Origin: Mobula hypostoma
Taxonomy: Eukaryota
Length of the DNA stretch: 64,000 nucleotides
Reading direction: 5' to 3'
Assembly (NCBI RefSeq): GCF_963921235.1
Contig: NC_086104.1
Coordinates: forward strand, 103,354,001-103,418,000
Part shown: positions 1 through 12,500 of the stretch, piece after piece
Numbering within the stretch: position 1 is the first letter of the stretch
Layout of the letters: every line of letters starts with the position of its first letter
Notes under the pieces: generated by a model
Database searches by the model: none
The model's input: only the letters and a program-made list of their open reading frames with translations
What the model was told of the DNA's origin: nothing
Translations under genes and position numbers: made by a program

Positions 1-340
1 GAAATTCAGAAATCAGAGGTACAAAGGCTCTTGGTGGTTCTCATTTAAAGTCCCTAAATGTTAACCTGCAGATTGAGTCATTGGTAAGGAAGGCAAATGG
101 AATGTTAGCATTCATTTTGAGAGGACTAGAATATAAAAGCAAAGGTGCAATGCTAAGACATAATAAGGCATTGATCAGAGCATATTTTAAATAATAAGAG
201 CAGTTCTGGTCCTCTTATCTAAGAAAGTATACACTGGCCCAGTCTCAGAATAGAGGGGCGTCCATTTAGAACAGAGATGACAAAGAATTTCTGCAGCTCG
301 AGGGTGGTGAATCTGTGGAATTCATTTATACAGGTACTGT
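1..340 (+). mobile_element. Degenerate CR1 LINE ORF2 3' fragment
   Basis: Translates in pieces to IQKSEVQR..L(G)V and KNF..RVVNLWNS, the same C-terminal motifs as the better-preserved CR1 copies at 22.9-23.2 kb and 57.8-58.6 kb. Confidence 0.75.
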
Positions 341-766
341 GGAGACTAAGTCCACCCCACAATGCCTTTCTCTTCAGTGAATACAGCAGAGAACTATCCA
401 TTTCAGTCTACACCCTCTGGTTTCACTACAGGAAAGCTAAAACAGTGTCTGAGAATTCAAAGTAAGTTCTGCTTGTGTCAGGCAGCCCTTCCATCATTCC
501 ATATTGTGTAATATATGTAATTTATAACATTTGCTCTCATATAATAGTTGTGTTTTTCCTGACAATCCCCTTACAACTTCTCTTTAAGTATTATTATAAT
601 TATGTGGTTCTGTCAGTGTTAGTCCTTGGTTTGTCCTGTTTTTTGTGATATCACTCCAGAGAAACATTGTATCATTTCTTAATGCATGTATGCATTTCTA
701 AATGACAATAAAAGAGGATTGAGTGTTCTCATAATCTAATCTAATCTAAATGTTATTGCATTTTTG

Positions 767-960
767 CGTGACACACTGGTTACGATTTTTACTGGGAATA
801 CTGTAGGTTATTTGTTTAATAGTTCTGAAGAAGCAGTGTGTTCTGCTGATAATGTTTGGGTTGCAGTTAAAGATAAGGGGCTGTGATGTTCAATTTAGGA
901 ATTTCAGCTCAGCCTTTCAGGATGGTGGCATTGGGAGAGAGTTCTCAAGAAAGCTGGGTG
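767..960 (+). repeat. 5' LTR remnant of the Gypsy element (3' part deleted together with gag)
   Basis: Colinear with 12052-12240 (ctggtta.gattttta..., gaagcagtgtgttctgctga, ggggctgtgatgt). It runs directly into pol-like coding sequence at ~960. Confidence 0.7.
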
Positions 961-3900
961 GACAGGTTGATACTTTAATGTTGGTCTGTCCGGACCCATT
1001 TGAGAAAGATGAAGCTTCCATTATTGTGGGAACAAATACTCCCCCAGTGAGACGGCTAGTGGGAGACTGCAAGGAGAAAAATGGAAAGAATTTCTGGAAA
1101 ACCTCAGCCATTCACCCAGCGTTCAGAGCCATATCAGAGGATGCACAAGTTCCTCCTAATCTGGATGATGAGCACAAACGAGGAACTGTGTGGTATCTTT
1201 AGCCCAAGCCCGTAATGTTACATCCTGGGGAAGTAGCTGGTGTGACAGGACACCCCAAGTTCCCTGGAATGTCTGATGCGGAGGCAGTTCTGGTGGATAC
1301 TCTGGAGGATCGTGAGGAAGAGTTACGCTTACTTTCTGGGGTGCTGTGAGAGCTGAACCTCTGAAACGAGTTTGAGGTGGGTTGCTCCCAGAGTACCCGC
1401 CACTCCATCCGAGTGATTGAGGACACCCTTTTCAGAGAAAAGTCTCAACGGTTAGCACCAGCGCAGGTGGAAGATGTTCGGCAGCATCTGCTGAAATAGA
1501 AGGAAGCTGGAATTATCACTGAATCAAGGAGTCCCTATGAGTCACCCATAGGGAGGAAGAAATGAAAGGGACGAATGTGTGTTGACTAACGGACACTGAA
1601 CCAATGTACGGTCCCTGACCAATGCACTGTTCCACAGATGAAGGATTCACTGGCCTGCCTGAGTGGTGCAAAATGGTTCAGTGTCCTGGACCTAAGGAAT
1701 GGGTATTATCAGATACCCATGAGTGAAGCTGACAAAGAGAAGACTGCATTCATGTGTCCACTTGGATTCTTTCAATTTGAAAGAATGCCCCAGGACATAC
1801 CAGGATCCCTGGCAATTTTTCAACATGTCATGGAGTAGACTATTGGGGACATGAATTTACGTGAGGTACTGGTGTACTTGGATGATTTCATAGCGTTCGG
1901 GTCCACCCTGGAAGAGCACGAGAGAGGGCTACTGAAGGTACTTGGCCCCCTGAAACCTGAAAGGGTAAAACTATCACTGGACAAGAGCAGCTCTGCAAGA
2001 CGTCACTCAACCACATTGGGTACATAGTCTCACGGGCTGGAGTAATCAAGGATTCATCAAAAGTAGAGGTGGTGACCACATGACCAAGGCCCAAGAAAGT
2101 GAGCACTCTACACTCATTCCTTGGGTTCTGTGGGTACTACTGGAGATTCATGAAGGACTACTCCAAATTAAACCACCCTTTGAATCAGCTCCTGTGTGGG
2201 TACCCACCTTGAAGAAGAAAAGAAGGAGAATAAAAGGGGAAGAAGATAATGTTCCTCTTAGCCATGAGGGATTAGGCAGTGTTCTATATCAGGACCAAGG
2301 TAAAGGGTTGACAGCAGTTTCTTTCATCAGTCAGAATCTGTCACCCTCTGAACATAACTACCCTATGTACAAATTGGAGTTTCTGGCATTGAAATGGGTT
2401 GTGCTGGACAAGTTAAATGACTATTTTGATGGTGCCAAGTTTGAGGTGAAGACTGACAACAATCCACTCACTTATTTTTTGACCTCAGCAAATTGGATGC
2501 CACAGGTCACCATTGATTGACAGCGTTATCAGCTTATAAGTTCAGCCTGCAATATAGGCCGGGGAGCCAGAACATTGATTCGGATGTGTTGTCTTGACAT
2601 TCACGAGATGCTGAAAATTGACGGAGAGTGGGAGAGTGTTCCTGCCTCTGTTGTTCAAGCAATCTTCCGGTTTTCCGCCACGGAGAAACCAGCAGCAAGG
2701 CCGTGGTAGGATAGAGCTGTGGATCATTTGGAAGCTTCCGGTTGCTCCATTCCACAAGCTTATTGCAATTTGACCGTCCGAGCACAAAGCAGTTGCCTGC
2801 CTTGAGCCCAGTGGAATTGGCAGACACCCAATGACCTGAACCCTTGTATAAGTGATACTTGGACATGTTGCAGAAGGTGACATGGCCCAAGTTGAAAAGA
2901 TGAAACACCCTCCCACACCCCTACTGATGAGAGAATGGAATAAACTGGAGTTGAGGAAACAGTTTTTATACAGGGTCGCATCTCCTCTAGACAGGCCTCG
3001 GTGTTCGTTGTTGGTTTTGCCTGAGAAGCATTGTAGAATTGTGTTGAAGTCACTTCATGATGATTCAGGTCATTTGAGGTTTGACAAGACCTATGGATTG
3101 GTTTGAGATCCGTTCCATTGGCCCCGAATGAATCCTGAGGTTGAGGGTACTGTAAGTTGTGTATTCAATGTATTTGGGAGAAGGCAGTACCTACAAGATT
3201 GCTCCATTGTCCCACTTACTGAGTCCGGGGCCACTTGATTCAGTCTGAATGGATTTGCTCTCCATCAAGCCTGATTCCAGAAACACTGCCAATGTCTTAG
3301 TCAGTACTGATCACTACACCAGGTATGCTCCAGCTTTCCCACAAAGGGCCAGGGGGTGTCCACAGTAGCCAAAGTGTTATGAGAAAAGTATTTTGTTCAT
3401 TATGACCTGCCAAGATGGATACACAGTGATCAAGGAAGGAATTTTGATAGTAGGCAGATACATCAGTTACTGGGCATTCTTGGAGTGGTGAAGTCAAGAA
3501 CCACACGCCGTCATCCTCAGGGTGATCCCAGTTCAACTGGACATTGCTAGGTATGCTGGGAACCCTGGATATCAGCAAGAAGAACAAATGGAATCAGCAT
3601 ATTGGGCATTAGGTCCACTGCTACAACTGTACACAGAATGAAGCTACTGGATACTCACCATACCACTTGGTGATCAGGCATGTATTCGAGATTGCCTGTA
3701 GATCTCTGATTTGGGACTAGCGGTGAAGACTTGCCACAGAAGATGTATCTTGAATATTTGTCTAATATGAGGAAAGAGCTAGCCATGTTCTCTGCTGACA
3801 AGTAAAATCAAGAAAACAAAAGCGATATGATCAAAAAATTAGATCCTCTCAAATGCTGCCTGGAAACGGAGTTTCAATTAGGATCGTGGGGCTACGAGGG

Positions 3901-4066
3901 GAGCATAAGTTGGCTGACCACTGGGTGTCTACTCCTTATGTGGTGGAGAACCAGATGCCAAATGTGCTGGTTTTTTGGGTGAAGCCAGAAGATGGGAATG
4001 GTCCTGTCAGAATTCTCCATCAGGATCACCTTTTACCTCTAGGACAGGAGGGACTTGTTGACTCAT
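960..4066 (+). mobile_element. Ty3/Gypsy LTR retrotransposon, degenerate pol (RT, RNase H, integrase) with many stops and frameshifts
   Basis: RT motifs WFSVLDLRNGYYQIPM..DKEKTAF.CPLGFFQFERMP and YLDD (1875-1886). RNase H motif EHNYP.YKLEFLALKW..VKTDNNPLTY. Integrase zinc-finger LHDDSGHL, core IHSDQGR, and a GPY/F-like C-terminal region. Order RT-RH-IN is Gypsy. Confidence 0.9.
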
Positions 4067-7000
4067 GACACAGGAGTAGAATTAGGCCATTCAGCTCATC
4101 GAGCCTGCTCCTGCATTCCATCATGGCTGATCGCAGATCCCACTCAACCCCATAGACCTGCCTTCTCGCCATATCCTTTGGTGCCCTGATTGATCAGAAA
4201 ATGATCAACTTTCGCCTTATTGTGCACATACATCTATTGATGCTTCTGGACACATCTTCAGTGATGTTCCTGGAATCATCGGGTGCTTCGGGTCTTTCAA
4301 CATCATACAGCCTCCTCCAGGTGACCCAGCCAGGGCTGATCAGACCCCAGCTTGTGTCCAGATGGCTAGCTACTTATGACTCCATGGCTCCCCTCTTTTG
4401 AGCCACAGCCATCTTGAGGCCCTCTCTGCCACATCGGTGGTACTGAGGATGGCTCTCCTCTTCCTCTCTCCCTCGATGCCCAAAACACTGAAGGCTCTAA
4501 CTAAAGATTGGGCTATGAATCCCCTACAACCACTCTCCACTGGGAGACACCTCGCTCTCCATCCAGCCTGCTGACAGTTGCTGACCAGTCCTGCATACTT
4601 GGAGAGCTTCCTTTCAAAGGCCTCTTCCAAGCTATCTTCCCATGGGACTGTCAGCTCCAGCAGCATCACTTGCTTAATAGACTCAGACACTAGGACAATG
4701 TCTGGTCGCAGGGTGGTGGCTGCGATATGGTTGGGGAACTTCAGCTGCCCTTCGAGGTCCACCTACAGCTGCCAGTCCCTTGCAGAGGTCAGAATGCCTG
4801 CAGATGTTCTTTTGGCAGGTATTGGCTGCTCCCCAGCTCTGACAAAGGCAATGGTCCGCTTGGAGGGTCGGGACCGCTTCGCCCACTCAAGTCCTGCACT
4901 GATGGTCTTCAGGACCTGATCATGCCTCCACCAAGTGGAGTACTGTCCCTCACCAAGTGCCCTTGCACAGCCGCTGAGGATGTGCTCCAGGGTTCCTCGC
5001 TTGGAGCACAGTGGGCACGCAGATGACTCTGCCTTGCCCCATGTATGCAGATTTGATGGGCTTGGAAGCACATCGTACACTGCCTGGATGAGAAATTGGA
5101 TGTGGTGTGGTTCGGCTTTCCAAAGATCAGCCCAGGTCACTTTCCTCTCAACAGCATTCTCCCATCTTGTCCAAGCTCCCTGTTGCTTCATTCCCACCAC
5201 CTTGCAGGCTGTCATCTCCTCCACTACTGCTCTCACCTCCTCCTGAACTAGACAATGCCTTTCCTTCCCTCTGGTGTCCATTTGGGGAGTTGGAAAGGAT
5301 CCTAGCCCAGCTCGGCCTCGTGTGACCACTCCCACTAGCCTCCTGTGATGCAGCCTGGCCTCTGCCTCCTGAACAGCTTCCTCTGCCCTCCACTTCCTGC
5401 CAGTACTTACTTGGATCCCTGCTCTAGCCACCTTCGGGTCACTTGAGTCCATATACTGTAGCACTTCTCTGGCTCTTGTTACCTTGAATTCTTCCTCCAA
5501 GGATTTGAAGGGCAGTTTGCCACAGGATTTCACCTTGTTAAGTAACCTCATGTCTGGAACCTTATCAAACGCCTTCCGAAAATCCAAGTAAATGCCACCC
5601 ACTGTATCTCCTTTGTCAACCCTGCTTGTTACTTCCTCAAAGAACTCTAACAGATTTGACAGGTAAGATTTCTCTTTACAGAAACCATGCTGATTTTGAC
5701 ATTTTAACATTACTCTCCAAGTACCTCAAAATCTCACTGTCAATAATAGACTCCAACACTTTCCCAACCAATGAGGTTAGGCTTATTGGCCTATAATTTC
5801 CTTTCTTTCACCTTCTCCTTTTTTTAAAGAGTGGAGTGACATTTGCAATTTTCCAGTCCCTTGGGACCATGCCAGAATCAAGTGATTCTTGAACAATCAT
5901 GACCAATGCATCCATTATCTCGTCAGCAATCTCTCTCATGGCTCTGGGATGTAGTCCATCTGGTCCAGGTGACTTATCCACCCTTCGACCTTTGAGCTTG
6001 CCTTGCACTTCTTCCTTTGTAATAGCATTGGTACTCACTCCTGCTCCCTGACCCTCATAGACCTCTGGCACACTGCTAGGGTCTTCTACAGTCAAGACAG
6101 ATGTAGAGTACCTATTACATTCTTCTGCCATTTCTTTGTCCCTGATTACTACCTCACCAGCATCATTTTCCAGTGGTCCAATATCAACTCTAACTTTCCT
6201 TTTACTCACTATATAACTGAAAGAAAAGTTCTGGTATCCTGCTTTATATTATTGGCTAGTCTACCCTCATATTTCATCTTTTCTCTTCTTATAGCTTTTG
6301 TTGGATTTTAAAGCTTCCCAATCATCCAACATTCCACTCACTTTTGCTATATTATATGCCCTTTTTTTGGCTTTTATACAGTCCTTAACTTCCTTTGTCA
6401 GCCACAGTTGCCTACCTCTGCCATTCTCTGTGGGACATATCTATCCTGCACCTTGTAAACTGTTCTCAGAAACTTCAACCAACTCTGCTCTGCTGCCATC
6501 CCCACCAGTATCCTCCTCCAATCCAGCTGGGCAATCTCTCTCATGCCTCTGTAATTCCTTTTATTCCATTGTGATACTGATACATGTGAGTTATACTTCA
6601 AATTGCAGTATGAATTCAATCATATTATGATCACTGCCTCTGAAGGGTTCCTTTACTTTAAGCTCCCCAAAAAGATCTGGGCTATTGAATAACCCCCAAT
6701 CTAAGATAGCTCTTCCCCAAGGAGGCTCAGGCACAAGCTGCTCTAAAAAGCCATCTTATAGGCATTCAACAAATTTCCTCTCTTGGGATCCGACACCAAC
6801 CTGATTTTTCCAATCTCCCTGTATATTGAACTCTCCCATTACAATTGCGCCAATACCCTTATTACATGCCTTTCCCAGCTCACTTTGCAATCTTAACCCC
6901 ACTATTAGCTACTATATAATTCCCATCATGGTTTCTTTACCCTTGCAATTTCTTAACTCCACCCACAAAATTCAGCATTCTCTGACTCTGTCACCTCTTT

Positions 7001-7826
7001 CTAAAGATGTAATTCCATCAGTTACCAACAGAGCCACACCACCGCCTTTGCCTCCCTGCCTATCCTTTCTATACAAAGTATATCCTTTGACGTTCGGCTC
7101 CCAACTATGGCCTTCTTTCAACCATGACTCAGTGATGCCCAGAGCATCATACCGACCGATCTCTAATTGCGCCATGAGTTCATCCACCTTGTTCCAATTC
7201 GTCAGCTATGCATTTATCTGCCACCTTATTGTATTCCTATACTCACTGTCGTGTGGCATAGGCAGCAATCCTGAGATTTCTACCCTTGATGTCCTGCTTC
7301 TCAATTTCCTTCCTAATTCCCTTTTTCCTTTTATTGAGGAGCTTCTCTCTTTTTCTACCAATATGTACCACGACTTCTGGCTGCTCACCCTCCCTTTTCA
7401 GCATACTGTGGACACATCCAGAAACAACTTGAACACTGGCACCTGGGAGGAAAACTATCCTCTGCGTTTCCACTTAGCATCCACAGAACAGCCTATGTGT
7501 CCCCGACTATAGAGTCCCCTATTACTGCTGCCATCCTCTTCAGTTCCCTATGCTTCTGAGCCACAGGGCCACACTCAGTGCCAGAGGCACGGCCACTGTT
7601 GCTTCCCCCAGGTAGGTCGTCCCCAGCAAAAGTACTCAAAACGGAGTACTAATTGTTGAGGGGGACAACCACAGGGGTTCTCTCCACTATCTGATGTTCC
7701 CCCTTCCCTCTCCTGACAGTCAGCCATTTATCCGTTTCCTGTAGCTCACATCTATTACTGCTTCACTTTCCCTAACAAGCAGAAGGTCATCGAGCTGCAG
7801 CTCCAGTTTCCGAACACGGTCTCGAA
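4067..7826 (-). mobile_element. CR1 LINE (ORF1 coiled-coil/esterase part, APE endonuclease, RT N-half, 3' terminus), with the Hero fragment in place of its missing RT C-half
   Basis: ORF1 LRDRVRKLELQLDDL (~7780-7826) and LPGA..VVVHIG. EN motif YDALGITESWL..GGGVALLV. RT motifs KSPGPDGLHPR, DWKIANVTPLFKK, QHGF, YLDFRKAFDKVP. CR1 3' end at 4067-4220. Confidence 0.85.
4221..5518 (-). mobile_element. 5'-truncated R2-group non-LTR retrotransposon with restriction-like endonuclease (Hero-like)
   Basis: CPLC..TLEHILSGC zinc knuckle, WRHDQVL, and PD-(D/E)xK RLE motif RPDIVLVSES..LLELTVPWE..EEAFERKLSKY. Stop near 4370, then a ~150-nt 3' UTR. Confidence 0.85.
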
Positions 7827-10594
7827 GGCCATTACAGAGACTTGGATGGGTCAGGAGCAGGAATGGCTACTTCAAATGCCAGGCTTTAGATGTTTCAGAA
7901 CGGACAGGGAGGGAGGTAGAAGAGGTGGGGCCATGACACTGTTAATCAGAGATAGTGCCACGGCTGCAGAAAAGGAGGAAGTCATGGAGGTGTTGTCTAC
8001 GGAGTCTCTGTGGGTGGACGTTAGGAACAGGAAGTGGTCAATAACTCTACTGGGTGTTTTTATAGACCACCCAATAGTAACAGGGACATCGAGGAGCAGA
8101 TATGGAGACAGATTCTGGAATGGAGTAATAATAACAGGGTTGTTGTGGTGGGAGATTTTAATTTCCCAAATATTGATTGGCAGCTCCCTAGAGTGAGGGG
8201 TTTAGATGGGGTGGAGTTTGTTAGATGTGTTTGGGAAGGTTTCTTGACACAATATGTAGATATGCCTACAAGAGGAGAGGCTGTACTTGATTAGGTGTTG
8301 GGAAATGATCATGGTCAGGTCTCCCAGTGGGAGAGCATTTTGGAGGTAGTGATCACAATTCTATCTCTTTACCACAGCATTGGAGAGGGATAGGAACAGA
8401 CAAGTTAGGGAAACTTTTAATTGGAGTAAGGGGAACTATGAGGCTATCAGGCAGGAACTTGGAAGCATAAATTGGAAACAGATGTTCTCAGGGAAATGTA
8501 CAGAAGAAATGTGGCAAATGTTTTGGGGATATTTGCGTGGGGTTCTGAGTAAGTACGTTCCAATGAGACAGGGAAAGGATGGTAGGGTACAAGATCCGCA
8601 GTGTACAAAGGCTGTTGTAAATCTAGTCAAGAAGAAAAGAAGACCTTATGAAAGGTTGAAAAAACTAGGTAATGATAGGAATCTAGAAGATAATAAGGCC
8701 AGTAGGAAGGAGTTTAAGAATAAAATTAGGAGAGCCAGAAAGGGGCCATGAGAAGGCCTTGGGGAACAGGATTAAGGAAAACCCCAAGGCATTCTACAAG
8801 TACGTGAAGAGCAAGAGGATAAGGCGTGAGAGAACAGGACCAATCAATTGTGACGGTGGAAAAGTGTTTATGGAACCAGAGGAAATAGCAGAAGTACTTT
8901 ATGAATAATTTGCTTCAGTATTCACTATGGAAAAGGATCTTGGCGATTGTAGGGAAGACTTACAGCGGACTGAAAAGCTTGAGCATATAGACATTAAGAA
9001 AGAGGATGTGCTGAAGCTTTTGGAAAGCATCAAGTTGGATAAGTCTCCGGGACTGGATGAGATGTACCCCAGGCTACTGTAGGAGGTGAGGGAGGAGATT
9101 GCTGAGCCTCTGGCAATGATCTTTGCATCATCAATGAGGATGGGAGAGATTCCGGAGGATTGGAGGTTGCGGATGTTGTTCCCTTATTCAAGAAAGAGAG
9201 TAGGGATAGCCCAGGAAATTATAGACCAGTGAGTCTTACTTCAGTGGTTGGTAAATTGATGGAAAAGATCCTGAGGGGCAGGATTTATGAACATTTGGAG
9301 AGGCATAATATGATTAGGAATAGTCAACATGGCTTTGTCAAAGGGAGGTTGTTCCTTACGAGCCTGATGGAATATTTTGAGGATATGACTAAACACATTG
9401 ATGAAGGTAGAGCAGTAGATGTACTGTATATGGATTTTTGCAAGGCATTTGATAAGGTACCCCATGCAAGACTTATTGAGAAGGTAATGGGGCATGGGAT
9501 CCAAGGGGACATTGCTTTGTGGATCCAGAACTGGCTTGCTCACAGAAGGCAAAGAGTGGTTGTAGACAGGTCATATTCTGCATGGAGGCCGGTGACCAGT
9601 GGTGCGCCTCAGGGATTTGTTCTGGGACCCGTACTCTTTGAGATTTTTATAAATGACCTGGATGAGGAAGTGGAGGGATAGATTAGTAAATTTGCTGATG
9701 ACACAAAGGTTGGGGGTGTTGTGGATAGTGTGGAGGGCTGTCAGAGGTTACAATGGGACATTGATAGGATGCAAAACTGGACTGAGAAGTGGCAGATGGA
9801 GTTCAACCCAGATAAGTGTGAGGTGGTTCATTTTGGTAGGTCAAATATAATGGCAGAATATAGCTTTAATGGTAAGACTCTTGGCAGAGTGGAGGATCAG
9901 AGGGATCTTGAGGTCTGAGTCCATAGGACACTCAAAGCTACTACGCAGGTTGACTCTGTGGTTAAGAGGGCATACGGTGGATTGGCCTTCATCCATCGTG
10001 GGATTGAGTTTAAGAGCTGAGAGGTAATGTTGCAGCTATATGGGACCCTGGTCACACCAAACTTGCAGAACTGTGCTCAGTTCTGGTTGCCTCACTACAG
10101 GAAGGACATGGAAACCATAGAAATGATACAGAGGAGATTTACAAGGATGTTGCCTGGATTGGGGAGCATGTCTTATGAGAATAGGTTGAGTCAACTCGGC
10201 CCTTTCTCCTTGGAGTGACGGAGGATGAGAGGTGACCTGATAGAGGTGTACAAGATGATGAGAGGCATTGATCGTGTGGATAGTCAGAGGTTTTTCCCCA
10301 GGGCTGAAATGGCTATCACGAGAGGGCATAGTTTTAAGGTGCTTGGAAGTAGGTACAGAGATGTCAGAGGTAAATTTTTTATGCAGAGACTGGTGAGTGT
10401 GTGGAATGGGCTGCCGATGGGGTCAGTGGAGGCAGAAATGATAGGGCCTTTTAAGAGACTCCTTGATGGCTACATGGAGCTTAGAAAAATAGAGGGCTAT
10501 GGATAAGCCTAGGTAGTTCTAAGGTAGGGACATGTTCGGCACAGCTTTGTGGGCCGAAGGGCCTGTATTGTGCTGTAGGTTTTCTATGTTTCTA
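7827..10594 (+). mobile_element. CR1 LINE, ORF2 (EN+RT) to 3' tail, degenerate
   Basis: Motifs [54 protein letters not shown] and FADD. Ends in the ttctatgtttcta tail at ~10582-10594. Confidence 0.9.
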
Positions 10595-10669
10595 TAAGCT
10601 GCATCTCAATCCACTTGGCGCAGATGTGATCATCGGGGAGGCTAGAAGTCTCCTGGAAATCCCACATCT

Positions 10670-11146
10670 GACACCTAGATGTGACCCCGTATCTGACCGC
10701 AAAGCACTCCAGTGTGTGGTGGAAACTGTCCAGCGGATTATCGGCACCCAATTGCCCACCATTGAGAATGTCTACCATAAACGCTGCCTGGGCAGGGCGA
10801 AGAGCATTATCAGGGATGCATCTCACCCTAACCATGGACGTTTTACTCTCCTCCCATCCGGTAGGCACTATAGGAGCCTCTGCTCCCGCGCTAGCAGGCA
10901 CGGGAAGAGCTTCTTCCCTGAGGCTGTGACACTGCTGAACCTCACATCACAGCGCTATGCAGTATTGCACCCATATTGTACTGTCTCAGTACTTTTATAT
11001 TTGTGTGCTGTAGCACTTTTTTCATTGGCAGTTATTTTGTAAATAACACTATTCTTTGCATTTCTGGTCAGATGCTAAATGTATTTCACTGGCTTTGTAT
11101 CTGTACTCGACACAATGACAATAAAGTTGAATCTAATCTAATCTAG
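10670..11146 (+). mobile_element. Rex1/Babar-type LINE 3' fragment
   Basis: DRKALQCVVETVQRIIG..SIIRDASHPNHGRFTLLPSGRHYRS..SFFPEAVTLLN, followed by aataaa and an (AATCT)n tail. Confidence 0.8.
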
Positions 11147-12051
11147 AGGAGAACACTGGCTTTGTAGACATACCCCATATTCTCTCAAGCTTTAAAGAAG
11201 TAAGGAATGAACTTGCCTAGTTATGTTGCCTCTGCCTGTTCTCACTGAAGCCCTGTTGAGCCAGAGCCTTATTACTCTGCCTCAGACTACTCCGATGACA
11301 ACTGCTCCCACAATGACCGCTCTGTTGGATGGTACCTTCTTTTATAGAGAGTGGGTTTCACATCGATAATCTTTGTCAGACCTGGGTGTTTATGCTCCCA
11401 TGGTTTCTGCGCAGAACTCCAATCAATGAGCCTGACGTGGAGCCTACATAGAGTAGGAGAGTTCTGCTTAGAAGGGGGAGAACAGAACAATCAACTGAAA
11501 GACCTGGAAGGAACTTAACCACTGAATGCTGTACAGACTCAGAGGATGAGGAAATTGGGGTGGGGTATATGTCAACTTCTGCAAAATACCCAACAATTGA
11601 TGAAAAGATTCCTGAACCTCCCCACCCGGACTCAGATTTAGTGGGGTGGGGGGCAGGGAACAGCAGTTGACTTGAAGTGAGAAAATGAAGGGAAGCTGGG
11701 CTGCAATGTAATTGGGGATGAAGCTAAGCTCAGTCAGGTGTTGGGGACCCGAGTTGCTGGAAGACACGGTCGTGGACAGGGAGATGCATCTCCAAGTAAA
11801 CACCATCTTCAGTGTTTGAGCCTGAAGATGGGATAAGGAGGTCTCAAAGGGTCAGGAAACCCCAGACAGGCTTGCATAAAAGCAGCAAGAGGAGAGAGTA
11901 TTCTGTCTTCCCTGTAGTGAGATATGTCACTACCATTTACAAATGGATTGGAGATACAAACATCACAAAATTCCTTTGAGAACTGTGTATTAATGATGGG
12001 TTGATAAATTTCAAAGTCATGAGGACATGATTATTTTTGGTGAGGGGAGAA
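11147..12051 (+). mobile_element. Resumed 3' internal region of the Gypsy element, ending in a polypurine tract
   Basis: Ends gtcatgaggacatgatt..ggtgaggggagaa (PPT-like, ~12039-12051) immediately before the sequence homologous to the 5' LTR. Confidence 0.55.
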
Positions 12052-12500
12052 AGTAGAGGCCTGGTTAAGATTTTTAATGCTGTAAATGCTGTAGGGTATT
12101 TTGTTTCAGTTTCTGTAGAAGCAGTGTGTTCTGCTGAGAGTGTTTGGGTTTCAGTTAATGGGGCTGTGATGTACAACTTGGGAATATTGAGTCAGCTAAT
12201 CAGAATGTGGAACTGGGAGAAGGTTCCAGAGCACGATGGGCGGAGAGGTTTTGTGACGGACACTGGTGGGGGGATCTGGTATTTTCGAGGGGAAATGGAG
12301 AGAGAAGATCGAGAGAACTGGCTGTAGGATTCGATTCAATCAGAATGCGCGATTCTATGGCGGCTAAGGTGGGAAGTCCTACTGGTGATCGGTGAATAGG
12401 AGTCAGCGCCATGTGTAAGAGATACATCCAGTTTTTGGAAGATATGAGCTCCAACCTTGTGAACATTGACTGGTTTAATTATGATGGACCCTTATATTTT
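12052..12500 (+). repeat. 3' LTR of the Gypsy element (right boundary uncertain)
   Basis: Follows the PPT. Its first ~190 nt are colinear with 767-960. Confidence 0.65.

Noticed and set aside
4255-4330. Hammerhead in the Hero-like 3' UTR (tgatg..gaaa..cccgaagcaccc)
   Set aside because: The core reads AUGAUGUUGAAA, not CUGANGA..GAAA with the required helices.
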